A stretch of DNA of 62,908 nt, filler included, from Circinaria calcarea (taxonomy: Eukaryota), in NCBI GenBank assembly GCA_051942165.1. It is 3 parts of 3 records of this genome, joined end to end, with 100 filler letters (N's around TTAATTAATTAA, not from the genome) between each part and the next. Parts side by side here need not be neighbours in the genome. Positions count along the whole stretch, not along the records: positions 42,019 to 62,908 come from JAVECS010000159.1; 2 more parts are not named here. One strand, written 5' to 3'. Below the pieces are notes generated by a model. It was not told the origin of the DNA and made no database searches. It saw only the letters and a list, made by a program, of their open reading frames with translations. Position numbers and translations under genes: made by a program. Of the stretch, positions 45,884 through 59,390 are shown piece by piece. Within the stretch, counting starts at the first letter, position 1. Every line of letters begins with the position of its first letter.

Positions 45884-48487
45884 TCATCCCATCTCCCCTG
45901 CATTTTCCTCCTCGATCTTCTGGAACTGCAAATCATTATTACTAGACAAGCCCATGCCCATTCCAGTGAAGCTTCCTTGCCGTGATGCAGGTCCTCCGCC
46001 CATCATATTCGCGACAGGTGCGCCTTGTTGTTGCGAGCGTACCTGCTCTTGGTGTTGTGCTTCTGGAGTGGGTGCCGGTTCGTCCTTCATACAGGCAGCC
46101 TCCAACATGTTTGTCCACTTACCACTCGTGCCTGCATGGCTGTGTTTCAAATGTTGCCTGAAGTGATCTGCGCGGAAAAACTTCTTACTTTGGTTGCACT
46201 CGCCGAACTTGTGAACACCCGTCAGGTGAGCGATCCGGGCCTCCCAATCCGGTGCAGGGTCGTTGGGAAATTCCATCCCGCAATAGCCGCAAATGTCAGA
46301 CTGACCAGGCAGCCCAGGTGGGGGGTGTTGTGCATGGCTAGCGTTGGTGTTGGGAGGTATGGCAGTACAGTGGTGAAAGGCTTGGAGGTAGTTGCCATCT
46401 AGGGTAGCACATGACCACGAGTGGCGGCGTAGATGTAGAGAATTTTGATGGCGCTCCGCCTCGTTCTTATTCTTGAACCGGTTTTGACAGAATTGGCAGG
46501 TGTACTGTTTTTCGAGTTGGTGATTCCTATAACCCTCGATGGTCAGCTTCGATCCACCTCATCCAGTACCCCAACCCAAGCTACTTACTGAAGCTCCTCC
46601 GCAGTGTCGAACTTCTTGGGTTTCTTGGGACAGCAGTCACAGATGTGCATATTAGATTGTAACTTTGGACCGTTGTTGCCAAGTGAGCTTCCTCGGCTTG
46701 TGTTTTCGCTTGACATTTTTCGAGCGATGGCAGCGGTGGACTTAAGGTCGGAAGCGATGGGTTGATGCGGTCTTGAGATAGAGCTCCGAGGACTTTCGTC
46801 TAGTGAATTCGAGTTGATGTAAGGTGAGTCACGGCCTTCGTGATAATCCGACAACGGGGAGATGCCACTGGGTGAAAGACGGTCGTGCAACGAAATGCTG
46901 GTTATGCTGCTGCCGCCGACCGACAAGCCGGCAGACGACGCGTACGAACCGTTCTGCAGTCCACCTGATGAGGTGGAGGAGACCGATCCGTGGGTTGGGT
47001 GATGTCGATTGTTCGGAGAGGCGCGACTCGTTGAGAGATGATGACCCGAGGTGCGACGTTGGTAAAGGCCGCTGCTAGTGCCACCCACAATTTGCAGAGA
47101 AGCCTTGTCGTCGTGCGCAGCCTCTCTTAATGGTGACGATGCTCTCCGTTTCATTCCTGATCTGGAGTCTGGCGACTGAACATCAATACTCGGTGGCGTT
47201 CGGTCATCAAGGTGGAGGTGTCGCATTCCACCAGTTTCTTCGCTGGGAAAATCCGAGTCGAGGTCGGCTTCAGAGAAGATGGATTGGTCGTAGCTTCCTC
47301 CTCGCTTAAACCGACTCGCTAGGCTAGCTCCCTCGTCCAAACCGCCCGCACCGATTAAGCCATCGCTGTCAGCACGCCGACCTGGGTGGCGCATACGTGC
47401 AAAAGGATCGCATCTGCTGCCAGAGGAGAAAGAGCCGTTGCTCCCTTCGTACGTCGGACTGCGGTAGTCCATGAAGCTCTTTGCGCTCGCTGCAGATAAA
47501 ATGAGACCGGGCGAGACGGCTGCAGACTGCGGGCTGTCTGCCCACTTACTGCCAAGAGGCGAACCTACTCTGAAGGGTGAGTCGGAAGAAGCACTCATGG
47601 ACCTATCCGAAAGCGACATCTGCTTCAGTTGGATAGGATGCTTCGCCGGTTGCTGGTATGCTCCTTGCGAAACCGGCGAGGAGGCATCTATGCTCGCCGC
47701 CGACGAAGACCATGGTGGAGTCTTAGGTCTACCGATCTTAGACAATAATTGCTTGTCGTACGCATGAGACGAGTCCTGGAGGTTTCTCCTTTCTAAAGGC
47801 CTTTCGCCTTGGAGCCTGGTTTTGTTCACCGGCGCGTCAGCTCATACATTGCACTTCACGGTACAAGCTCATGGATGTGGGTCGTGGACTTTCTGTCTGC
47901 ATAGCCGCCTTTTTTTTTTAAGATAGTACGGGTGACTTATCTATACAAGTCCTGTACGATCTTCTTCGGATGCTTATACTAACACCAAGACCCAGAAGAG
48001 ATGACAAATGTGAAAATACTGACTGATGTGCAATGCTGGAGCCCGAAAGACTATGGTAGCCCTCATCTTTGAATCGGAAATCGTGCAAGTCTTTTTCTAT
48101 TTCATATTTCAAAGCAGGGCTGCGGCGCCGCCGTTCCTCAAGACGGCCAGTATCCACCAGATGTTTGCCCCAATTTCCGCGCAGACTTGAGCCCGGACTA
48201 ACAGAGCCTAGCCCGTTACTACCAAAGCCGCCCTTGCCCTCAGTATTGCCCCATCTCCACCCAGGGTCATGGCCTTCATCAATCTCCTCTAGATTCTTAG
48301 GAGGTGGCAATGGAGGAGGTGCGAAATCGACTCTTGTATTAGGTATCGACATTGGCAATGCTGTTTTTGAACCAGCCTTTGAAGAAGTATGCGAGGAACC
48401 GCGACGTGGGGGCCGTTGTGCGCCATAACTGGCGGTGAGACTCGGTACATGTATCGAAGAAGGCGACGTATGGGAAGAATGGTCCAT
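45884..48487 (-). CDS. C2H2 zinc-finger transcription factor (conserved Pezizomycotina family; recalled as resembling Magnaporthe Znf1/Vrf1), 3 exons
   Basis: Ser-rich N-terminus. HICDCCPKKPKKFDTAEEL, YTCQFCQNRFKNKNEAERHQNSLHLRRHSWSC, ICGYCG, HKFGECNQSKKFFRADHFRQHLKHSH. Confidence 0.9.
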
Positions 48488-51450
48488 GGCAAGCTGACAG
48501 ACGTTATCACTGGATGAGGTAGAACCGGTTGGTGTGAGCTTTAGATGCGCCAGCGCTGTGCGAAAAGCTGAAGATCAAGTGGCGATACTATTTGAAAACA
48601 ATGCAGCGTGGTTGGTAGCTGACGGAGAGCCCAAGGACAAGGTTCCAATGTCCGAGGCAAAAATTGAAAACTTTTGAATTTATCCCAGTTCCTCTTGCCG
48701 CCAATGGGAATGCGACTGGAACGAACAGAATCAAGAAGAACTACTGGCGTCCAAACCCCTTCATTTCGGAAGGTTGGTAAACTGTCGCGACCTAGGACAT
48801 GCTGATATAGGCGGTAAGCCTATAATTCACACCCTAGGTGGGGAGGCTCAGCCTTATGGGGGATGTACCTGGGGAGTCCCGTCTTGCAGAAAAAAAGGTC
48901 CTTGCCGAAACTTCGAAAATGGAGAACCTAAGGTATCTAATCCAAATTTCTCAGATGGTGAAACAACGACGTCGCGTGGGGCTGGCAAATGAATAACGTA
49001 ATTCCGTGCTGGAGAAATCAGATCGAGACCCCGATTTGAACCCAATGCCGATGAGAAGAGTAATAACAATGTTCCTCCTTCCCAGCAAGCCGTTCTGGTT
49101 GTGCTCGGGGTTGGCGCCAACGCATAAAGCACGAAGGAACGGCGCGGGGGTTTGGACCTGGGCGCAATCAAGACGCCGAACCTCGAAACGTCGGATCGCT
49201 GGTCGCTGCGCAGTCGGGAGCAAACGCGATTCTATATATGCTTTCCTATGCTCGAAATTACCGGCTCGGAGGGACTTCTGATGAGCTGAATCCCTCGACC
49301 GTTGCCAATTGATTTCTGTGATCGCCTCGATTCTCAATTGCCAGGTTCAGGGCATCAGGATGAACGCTAAGCTTTCGCGGAGCATGTTCTTGGGCATGAG
49401 GAAACGGGAATGGATTGGGAGTAAAGGGCGGTATAAAGACGCCAGTAATGCAAAGGTGCCTTATAATGTGAAATAGCGGTAGGATTTGGGTGTGGCCGTT
49501 TATTTCGAAGAACGCGCCGTCACTGCAGAGGAGTGGGTTAGCACCACAAGTCCTTACGGCCAAGTTCTCACTCTCAAGGATGGGCAGATCCTAGGTAAGC
49601 TGCCGCTCGAGACAAGGGTGGTAGGGGATCTTCTGTCAAGAGACCTTCTAAGCTGGGGACTTTCCGCGCTTCTGGTTTGCCTAGCTTTCCTCCGTGTCAG
49701 ATGCTTAAAGGAGCAGGTTCGGCGGTGACACGCATTTTGAACATCAACTGAATGGTGTATTGTATTCTTGACACATTACAATCGTGTCATACAGACCCAA
49801 CATGAAACTGCAGTTGCAGGCACACTGCCTGCCGGATGGCGAACGAGGGTGCGGAACCAGTGAGCATTGAGATCGGAGCCGCGGGAATATGGTAATGTCA
49901 TCGAGCGTGTCGTTGATGGAAGCAGCTGCTCGGGTTCCCATAAGCACTTACGGTGGTAGGAAGTCCCTACGCCGTGTCGCCCTCGGTGCCGTGTTGTCGC
50001 TCGCATATGACTAGGGTAAGGCAATCTATTCTGACGGAGTGTCCGTTGTCAGCCTTTCAAGGCGAGCGAGTCCGCTCAGCCTTGTGAAAGCAGATTGCGT
50101 GCCGCTAACGTGGCGGCCACCCTCCCATTAGAAGTTCGGAGCGAATTCACATGACGAGCATGACGAGCATGAATCGACGGGAAAACCCAAAAAAGCAAAA
50201 ATGCGTGCATGTCAATCCACTATGAAAAATGTCTCAAGCACAGCCGGTTACTTCCATGAAAGTGCATGCTGACTCGATGATTTTCGCTTGTAAGCATCAT
50301 CCAGCCCCGGCGGCAGTGTAGCGTGCATCCCGTAAGCCATCCTACAGAACTTTGACTGTGCGTGACAACAAAAAGAGATCTGTCTGAGCAGACACGAAAA
50401 CCGACACGCTATTTCCTGCACCTTGTTCCTGCGAGAATCCCCCCGTCGAGCCGTGCATGCTATTGGAAAGAAAGAAAAAAAAAGCACGTCGACGCAAGGG
50501 TGCAGAGTGTAGCGAGGTTCAGATGCACGCATCCGTATAGAGGCAATCGAAGGGCTGATCAATCCGGGCAGAGCTTCGAGGGCGATCCTGCGATAACATT
50601 TGCCTGTTCGCCTGAGCACTTGCATGACACCCTTTCGACTCCTCAGCCGATCTCGAACAAGCAGCAAGCTATTGAGGCGCCAAGCCACACCAAGTCCAGA
50701 GTACGTAAAAGATGAGCCGTTCAATAAACGACGTCGGCGACATGAAACAGGCGAAAGTCATCCGAGGAGGAGGAACGAAAGTTACCTTGGGAGTTAGCTT
50801 GGGAACGTTCGCGTAACGTAGGGCTAACTAAGGCCGAAGGTAAGGAGTTAAGCAGGCTGAAGATTTTGATGGCGGGGGCCAAGTCTCTCCGCTGGACGAT
50901 TGGTTGGCATTCAGCCAGCCTCCTCGTAAGGCCGATGGCTCCCTTTTTCCTCCACGCCATAGGGCTGTTTGCAGCGCTCTGGATCGCCTCCGTGTGCCGG
51001 TATGTCACACTGGACGCAAGGCGATACCTAGGTAGGCAGAGTTGTACTGTGGTAGTAGTACACCGTAGTATCGAGCTTCGATAAGGCATGATCACAAATA
51101 CCCCCGACCTCTGGAGTCTTCGTCTATTTCCGGCGTCGTACAGCCGTGTTAACTAGTCATCCGTCGACCAGAAGAGGCAATAAAACCCAGCCCAGCAGAT
51201 GAAAAATGGGGAGCTGAGACTGACTTTCCTTGGAGTTTGCCCCCCCGCGGTTCTCGGTAGTTGCCGTATTCTAGCGTCGACCTTTCAGCAAAAGCCGAGG
51301 CCCCAGATCTACTCCGTCCAGTTGCGCCAAGCCCATCTCAAATCATCAGCCACATAGGGTTGCAACACCCATGCGTCCTTCTTCTCCCATCAACAGGACC
51401 ATCTGCACCACATCATCATACCGAGTTCTAGATTGCGGCTGACGAATACC

Positions 51451-52836
51451 ATGTCCTTGGACAAAGTATCCGGTGACGCGGCGTTGTACATCGGAGGGTA
51501 TGTGTACCTTTGTTCGCCTATCGTAGCCGAGCCCTAATGTGGCGGCCCCTAGACTCTTCTCCATGCGCCGGCATGCAGCGCTGAAGGAGGCCAATATCAC
51601 ACACGTCGTCTCAGCTTTACGCCTACCTCTAGATCCCGAGCTGTTTGTGTCGTACAAGCACCTCGTCGTCGAGCTGGATGATGTCGAGGACGAGAATATC
51701 CTGGAGCATTTCGCCACCAGTAATGCATTCATCCAAGAAGGTTTGGATAGTGGCGGAGGCGTCCTTGTACATTGGTAAACGCTTTTCTGTCTGCATGGCC
51801 TCTTCCCTATTCCGAATATTGCCAAGTTCTTGGTCGATTCTACGAGTTTCTGTATCTCTTCTCAAGTGTTGACAAAGTACCCACTCAGATGGATGTCTTC
51901 AAATTTGCACGTTTATATGAAGTATAGCTGCCGCTTCTCCAAGGATGATGTGGAGAATCCCATGGAGTTCTGACCTGCAAATTGTTGTGACGTGACGTTA
52001 CTCTCTCCGTCGCTATGATGGCGAAGACTCTTCACGTGTCTTTCTTTCTCGGTTTGCCTTCCGCGTGCTAATCACGTTGTTGCTAAAGTGCCATGGGCAA
52101 ATCCCGCTCTACAACTCTCTTAATTGCCTACCTCCTTTCCAAGTCTACCTCCCCGTGCACAAGCCCCACTACCGTCCTCCGACTCATCCGCGAATGCCGA
52201 CCCCATGCCGAACCTAACTCGGGTTTCATGAAACAGCTAAAACTTTACCATCGAATGGGCTGCCCCGCAGACGTCGACAGTCATCCAATGTATCAACGTT
52301 GGATCTACGAACGCGAAGTTGAGAGTAGTGTCGCGTGTGGACGAGCCCCGGAGACCAAGAACATGCGCTTTGGAGACGAAATACCGATCAATTCCGACGC
52401 GGAAAAGAACACGGGGGAGACGGAATTTCGATGCCGAAAATGTCGACGACGACTTGCTACTTCCGCAAATCTAATCCCACACGTCCCCAAAACTCAGTCG
52501 GAGACTCGGGGTAGCAGTATCAAGAGCGGCAACGATTATGGTCCAATTTCTTCCCTTCCTACTACGAAAACTAGACCACTCCAATGTGCCCACGTCTTTC
52601 TTGACCTACTCTCTTGGATGCGGCCTCAGCTTGAGCTGGGAAATTTAGACGGCAGGTTAGTGTGCCCTAATGAAAAGTGTAAGACGAATATTGGGAAGTA
52701 TGCATGGCAGGGGATGATGTGCAGTTGTGGAGACTGGATTGTACCTGGTATCAGCCTTGCTAGGGGCCGGATAGACGAGATAAATACTAAGACGATAGGG
52801 CCCGCAGCCCCAGCTAAGATTGGTGGCAAGATTTGA
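51451..52836 (+). CDS. YVH1: Dual-specificity phosphatase Yvh1/DUSP12 with C-terminal zinc-binding domain, 3 exons
   Basis: LYIGG, ITHVVS, VLVHC|AMGKSRS (CX5R), PNSGFMKQL, RCRKCRRRLA, CAHVF, GKYAWQGMMCSCGDWIVP. Confidence 0.95.
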
Positions 52837-55800
52837 ACATAGAGAGCGCGAGTCATGCCATATTTCCGGAGCTTGAATGAGGCAGGTTGTAGTGCTTATC
52901 CGCAAGAGGCTTGATGAGTGATCAATGGTCGAGGGAGCAGCTTACATATCGTTGTGGCTTGTTTGTTACCTAGCGATTTCGCTATGCCATCGGATACATA
53001 CGAGCAAGTAATTCTCACCTCTAAGATTCTCCCTGGATGGTGGTGTGCTTCACCACGGGGACGTGAGTCATTGGTGTTCGTAGCTTCGAAAATGATAGAT
53101 CGTTGATAAGTTCTGGTGAGAATTGTCCTATCATGCCCAATCATCACTATTTATTGGCTTTTAGTAGCATTGGCTCGGCATATGATTGTGTGTACGGAGC
53201 GGAGGTATCCAATAGTTTTGCAGAGAAAATTCTTCAAGAAGCCACGTTCGCTATCGGTTTGCCACCGCCGAAGTCTTCATAGCGAAGCACTGCCTGCGAT
53301 TGGATGAGTAATCCACTAATAAACATAAACGGAGATTAGCGGTCACTACTGGTCGAACGATAAACCTTACTCGTCTTGAAGGCTCCACGATGAGAGACCA
53401 AAGGGTCGGTGAGAATTCTTCCGAGCCTCTGGAAGTGCTTGGGGCTGGCTGAGTATCCACATTTCAGCGTTTCAATCGTTCTTAGCTTCAGGCTGCAGTA
53501 GCATTTGCTCAGCTCGCGAGAATTCAGAAAGTCCGACAATCTCTTTATTTGACCCGAGTAACTGAACTTGTTATTTTCGTTTCGGCCAATTATGTGCACA
53601 TATACCTGATATTTATGAATCGTTCAACGTAAGCGTAACTGTTGTGGTTAAGCGCGCCAAAGATCAAACATCAAAGACAGGCCCCTTTTCCGCCAACGTA
53701 AACGAGAAAAAATCAAATGAGGAATGAAATATGTAGATCATTCAAATGGCAACCTTCAACGCCGTAGTTTCGGCAGTTGTCTGTGCCTATGGCGCTGTGC
53801 CAGAGGCATCTTTACTGCATGACAGACATCCAGCAAGGCCAGGGAGAAAAAGCGTCCTAGTTTCGATGAAAGACTACAATCGTAATACTCAGTTAGACTG
53901 GGCCTTTGTAGAGTTGTTAGATCATAAGTAAAGTTGCACAACGTTCAGGCCAGTACGAATGGATAAGAATCCGCATGTCTGGGTCGGCTACGCTTTGGAC
54001 CGAAGCACAATGAGCTGTTCGAACACCCATGGAGACTGCCATGGCGTAGCAACCAAACATTTGAGCAACAATTTGAAGCATGGAGTGTTATGCCACCAAT
54101 CTGGTCAAGACCGTGAGTCACGCAAGTCATTGGAGAGAGGGGTCGTGGAAGAGAGTCGATCCCCGCAAACTCAGCGCGAGAGCCCTCGGAGGAGCTCCAT
54201 TCTGGGCATGGTTCTGCAGCACTAAGGAGGGTGCCCAGAACCAATTATGCTGCACTATGTCATCCATTGAGCCGGCTCCTGTGGCCTAGTAAGATCAAAG
54301 GCAGACAGGTAGGACCGTAACCGAGGTGAGCTCGCTGCTGCTTTAGATGTGCCTCAAGTCGTACGTGAACCTTGTAACGAGAGACATGGTGGATATGCAT
54401 CGGCTCCAAAGATGAGTTTCTGCATAAGATGCGTCGTGGATACTCCCTTAACCGGTCGATGGTGATCCGCAAAGACTTCTCTTACAGCCAAGCCTTGGCA
54501 GTTGGATTGGATCTCGTAAATGCTCACTAGCCCGAGGTGTCTTGTCCATCTCATTGGTAGGCGAACTACCTTCGGAGTCTGTGCATTCGGAATCAACGTA
54601 GCGAGAGAAAGGCTTCTGCCCTACCATATCCGTATGAATGTGATAAGGGCTGAATGCTGACAGCACTAGCCTTTGGCTGCTTCGCCTGGAGTTGAACCCG
54701 TCGAGATATCGTATCGTGTTGTGCCTGTTGGCCGAAGTGACTAGTTAGGGACTAACTTTGCAGTCTACATTTCGTTGGAAGATCGAGATGCGCTGCTCAT
54801 TCCCAACAAGATAGACCTTTACGCGTAATGCTTTGACCTCTTCTCTTCATACGTCGAAATTATCCAAAGCAAGGATCATAATGCTTTAGTAACTACTGTT
54901 GCCAGTCTCGCGAGCCTATCCCATCTAAGCTCCGAGACGGTGACGGCTTTGATGCTCCTGTTCAAATGTAAACCTTGCTCAGATTGGAACAGCATGCCTG
55001 GTGGTCTATATAGGGTGCAGCCAACGGCTTTCCCAGTGTGGTTGACGATCTCACCCTTGAACTTCATTGAGCATGTCGATGAGCGGTTGTGGCTTATGGA
55101 AGTCTCTCCGATTCGTGTCCTAGAAAGTGTAGTACTATACATATGCAGCATGTAGAGGACATGGAAAACCTTAACAAACTCTCCGATTTTCCACTCACAT
55201 GCTCTTCCGCCTCTATTTCAGAACTGCCCACTAAGCGTCTAGGATATAGCCTTATCTCATTTGCTGAGCAGTTTTCAAGCATCTCTCCTTCCTCTGACCT
55301 TGAAATGCTCATGGTTTGACCACGCTGTTTTGGTGTTGACGGGAGAACGCCAATGAATGGGTTCTCTTCGGAGCACATCTGAAGCGGACCGTGGAACCCA
55401 CAGGGTACTCGGCTGGATTATACAGTGATGATCCTCTCCAAAGGTATAGTCTGAAGAGGCCTGGTAAACAGTTCAGCATTTGTAATGTTGTATTATTCGC
55501 TGACGGAACTTGTTCTAGTTTATCCGTTCCTTCAGACTGTATAATGATGTCCCACAGTCGACTCGGAGATCCTGCTCAAAGATTAAGTCCTATAATATCC
55601 AATACAACCTGCTTGGAACATGTTTACCGATAGTCGGGTCAATCTCGAAGGGATTCTATGACAGACTCAAGAACGGTAAAGTCTTCTAGGCTGAGGATAG
55701 TTTAGGAGTTTTCTAACAACTCAATCTTTAGAAGAACAGGACGGTCAAGGAGTCCTTTTCCAACCCATTTTAAGATAATCTTACCTCCACTTATACAAGG

Positions 55801-55908
55801 ATATGAGACACTTTCGGAACTTCTTGAGGACTACCTCAAATGAGTTATGAGAATACCCTTTACAGCACCTGATAACTCGAAGCGTTCCATTTTTATTCGT
55901 AAAAGGGC

Positions 55909-56647
55909 TCAAAGATCGCCAGCTGGAACTGAAGGGAAGATTGATGGGTTTTTTAAACGTTCCCGGTTCCTCTTTGCAATTTCGGCGTTCCGGATTCGGT
56001 CAAGACGCATTTGGTAGAAGTTTCTGTTATCGGTCAGATATCTGGAAATTTGAACACGCCTGAAACACTTCAGGCCACGGGGCCATACTTATGAAGGGCA
56101 TATATTCGAGGTATATCTTCGCTTTTCGGCGCGGACTCCTTATTGTTAATGGCTCTGATCTGCGGTGACGGAATCAATAGTCTTGTCGAGCAAATTGTGC
56201 AAGTCACCAACTTTCTCATCCTTTTCGACCTCTGCCTTTTTGTCTTCTCCATCCTCAACTTCTCTTTTCTTGTCCTTGTCTTTCTCTTTTGCTTCGGCTT
56301 TGTCGTCCTTCTTGTCGTCTCTTGCCTTCTTCCTCTTCTTCAACTTCTCCTCGTATTCCCTCTTGACAAGCTCAATCTCCCGGTCCATCTCCTCTTTCTT
56401 TTTCTTCGCGGCTGTTTCGGCTTCATCAACGATAGCAGAGCAAAAGCCTCGGTCCTTGAGATGTCCTCGACAAATATAGAAATGATCCTGGACAGTCGTC
56501 AGTTCCTTCTTGAAGCCTAGCCTACGGCTTACTTACTTTATTGTCTGGCGTAATCAGCACGCCCGTGGTTGGCTTATAGCAAATGTAGCATGGTTTAGAC
56601 GAGGTATCCGCAACGGCGCGTAGATACCAAACATTTGTCAACGACAT
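55909..56647 (-). CDS. VFA1: Vps4-associated protein Vfa1 (DUF1742), 3 exons
   Basis: MSLTNVWYLRAVADTSSKPCYICYKPTTGVLITPDNK|DFFYICRGHLKDRGF, a K/E coiled coil, and PRIYALHK|NFYQMRL...FPSVP. Confidence 0.88.
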
Positions 56648-57115
56648 GATAAGGTCAGCAAATGTCTTCAAGGCCAATGGTTACATATATGTGCATGTAT
56701 CATGCCGGGTCATGAATATGTGGTCGCTGACGGATTCCTCCTCCCCGGATCATCGGCTAGCTAGTACGCCGATCTCCGCCGCCATCACTTATGACGCAGC
56801 TAAAACAAATTTTGAGCTTTCACATGTCCTTCTTCGAAGTGCAAGAGGTTCGAAGTTATATTTACGTTTGTACCATACCAGAGAATTGCTGGTACTTGCA
56901 CCGAAGTACAGATTCTTCTCCTTTATAAACCTCCCAGGTATTGACGACTGAAGTGCTATAGTCTTTCTGCTTTGTTCCTCTGGGAGATTCCTTCCCTCTT
57001 GATACTGCTGCTACTTGGAGCATCCATTGAGATCGATCTCCACCGATACAAGCTTCTCGTTTGAGTTAAAGCACTTTCTAAGTACGGGAAGAGTACCTGG
57101 CTAGCGTTTTGAGCC

Positions 57116-58780
57116 ATGAGTACCTCCCAACCGCAGGCGACAGTGAGCGCCCCGGGCAAGAACATGCTTTGGGGTGGGCGCTTTACAGGTATTCGTATTC
57201 CGAGTCTAGCGTTAGATTGTTCTGGCTAACATGATCATTGCAGGTGGACTGGATCCGCTGATGGTGGCGTACAACGAGTCACTCCCTTACGACCGTGTCC
57301 TGTACCGGCAAGACATCGATGGTAGCATTACTTGGGCGCGTGCAAATCATAATCGAGGTATATTGACCGCAGATGAATTCGCCGCCATCGTGAAGGGCTT
57401 CAAGTCTGTACTGAAGGAATGGGAGACTGGAGAATTCGAAGTGAAGCCTGCGGATGAGGATATTCATACCGCAAATGAGAGGAGGCTAGGCGAGATTATC
57501 GGGACAGGTATTGCAGGGAAACTACACACTGGTAGGTACGTATTCTACATACGAAAAGAAATTTGTCGCTTCGTCGCTATAGTAACAATTCGATTAGGAG
57601 CCGTAACGAGCAGATTGCCACTGACATGCGATTATGGCTACGGCAAGAGCTGAAGACTCTAGAAGGCTGGCTCTCTGACTTCTTGAGGGTTATCGTCGCA
57701 CGGGCAGAGAAAGAAGTCGACCCCGTAATGCCAGGATATACACACCTTCAGCGAGCCCAGCCTATTAGGTGGAGCCATTGGCTATTAAGCTACGGGATGG
57801 CATTCGCAACCGATTTACAAAGGTTGAGGGAGGTAATGAAGAGGGTGAACAGGAGTCCGCTAGGTTGTGGGGCTATAGCTGGGAACCCATTTGACATTGA
57901 TCGGGAAGCGATGGCGAAGGAGCTAGGTTTCGAGGGTTTGTTGTGGAATAGTATGAACGCTGTGGCTGATAGGGATTTCGTTGTCGAAACAATGCAATGG
58001 GGCGCCACATTAATGGGACATATATCCAGATGGTCAGAGGATCTCATCATCTATTCGACTGCCGAGTTCTCTTTCGTTAGGCTGGCGGACGCTTATAGCA
58101 CAGGAAGCTCCCTTATGCCTCAAAAAAAGAGTAAGATTCCTTATCCCTCGCGGGCGAATTAAAAGTCTTAGCAGCCTACTAACGCCTCCACCACGATAGA
58201 TCCTGACAGCTTAGAGCTTCTACGAGGCAAGTCGGGCCGCCTGTTTGGACAGATGGCCGGCTTCATGTACACCCTGAAAGGTCTACCCAGCACCTACAAC
58301 AAAGACCTCCAGGAAAGCGTCGAGCCACTGCTTGACTGCATCAAAACAGTGGGCGACAGCGTACAGATTGCCACCGGAGTACTCAGTACATTAGAGATCC
58401 ATCCGAAGAAAATGCTCGCGGCCCTGACGCCGGACATGCTAGCTACTGATCTTGCCGACTATCTCGTCAGGAAAGGGGTCCCATTTCGAGAAACCCATCA
58501 CATCTCCGGCGAGGTCGTGGCTCTGGCAGAGAAGGAAGGCACCCCAATGGACCAGCTATCCTATGAGCAGTTACGGGGCATTGATTCGAGGTTCGAGAAA
58601 GACGTCGTGACGTGTTTTGATTACGAGAAGAGCGTTGAAATGAGAAAGGCGAAAGGTGGAACTAGTAAGTCTAGCGTCCTTGAGCAAATTAGTGTCCTGA
58701 AGGATCTGCTGGGAAACGCGGAGAGTACGATGGATGCTTGGGGGAGTAAGGGTGATTACGATGACGGAGATGACTCTTGA
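57116..58780 (+). CDS. ARG4: Argininosuccinate lyase
   Basis: [73 protein letters not shown]. Confidence 0.98.
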
Positions 58781-59390
58781 GATCTAGCCTAGAAAAGTAC
58801 TCTAGGAGGTACGGGCGTGTCTCTCTTCGACGCTCAGATACGATACCCCGTACGATACGAATGATAGCTGACAGGATTCACACTTGACATATAGTATTCC
58901 GCAAACCTTAGAAGCTGTCTGCCCTGTCTAAGAATTTGGCTAAATGTACTATATGCATGAAACGAGAAGTATTGATAGTGCTGCAATACGTAGGCAATAC
59001 ACAATAAAGGAAAATCGAACGAAGAATCCCCCCGCAAGAAGCTTTCAACAGAGCATTGCTAATGTCCAGGGGATACGGAGTGCCAGATGTGAACCTACGT
59101 AGACTATCACTGGGGAGTAACCTCATGGAGAGCAGAATGTCTGCAGATTTGTCGCCATCCGCGAACTCTCTGATAGGCCCTTGAGCTTACGATAGTCACG
59201 TAGCAGAGTCCACGTAGTAAGCATCGATCAGTTAGGTAACAACTATACTACCACCCACAATGGGGAGTACGCACTTCTTTGACAATGAAGGTAAACTAGA
59301 TGAACCGTTACTCATCGGACAATTCGAGTTTTCAACCTTTTCATAATTCTGCATTGGCCTCTATGCTCTAATCGGACCTATCGCTAGGCT

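Noticed and set aside
48490..51440. Many short ORFs between the C2H2 TF and YVH1
   Set aside because: Best explained as a long divergent promoter/5' UTR region. No ORF has recognisable protein features.
53000..55800. Short ORFs between YVH1 and VFA1
   Set aside because: Stop-ridden in all frames with no identifiable family. It may be a relic but cannot be supported.
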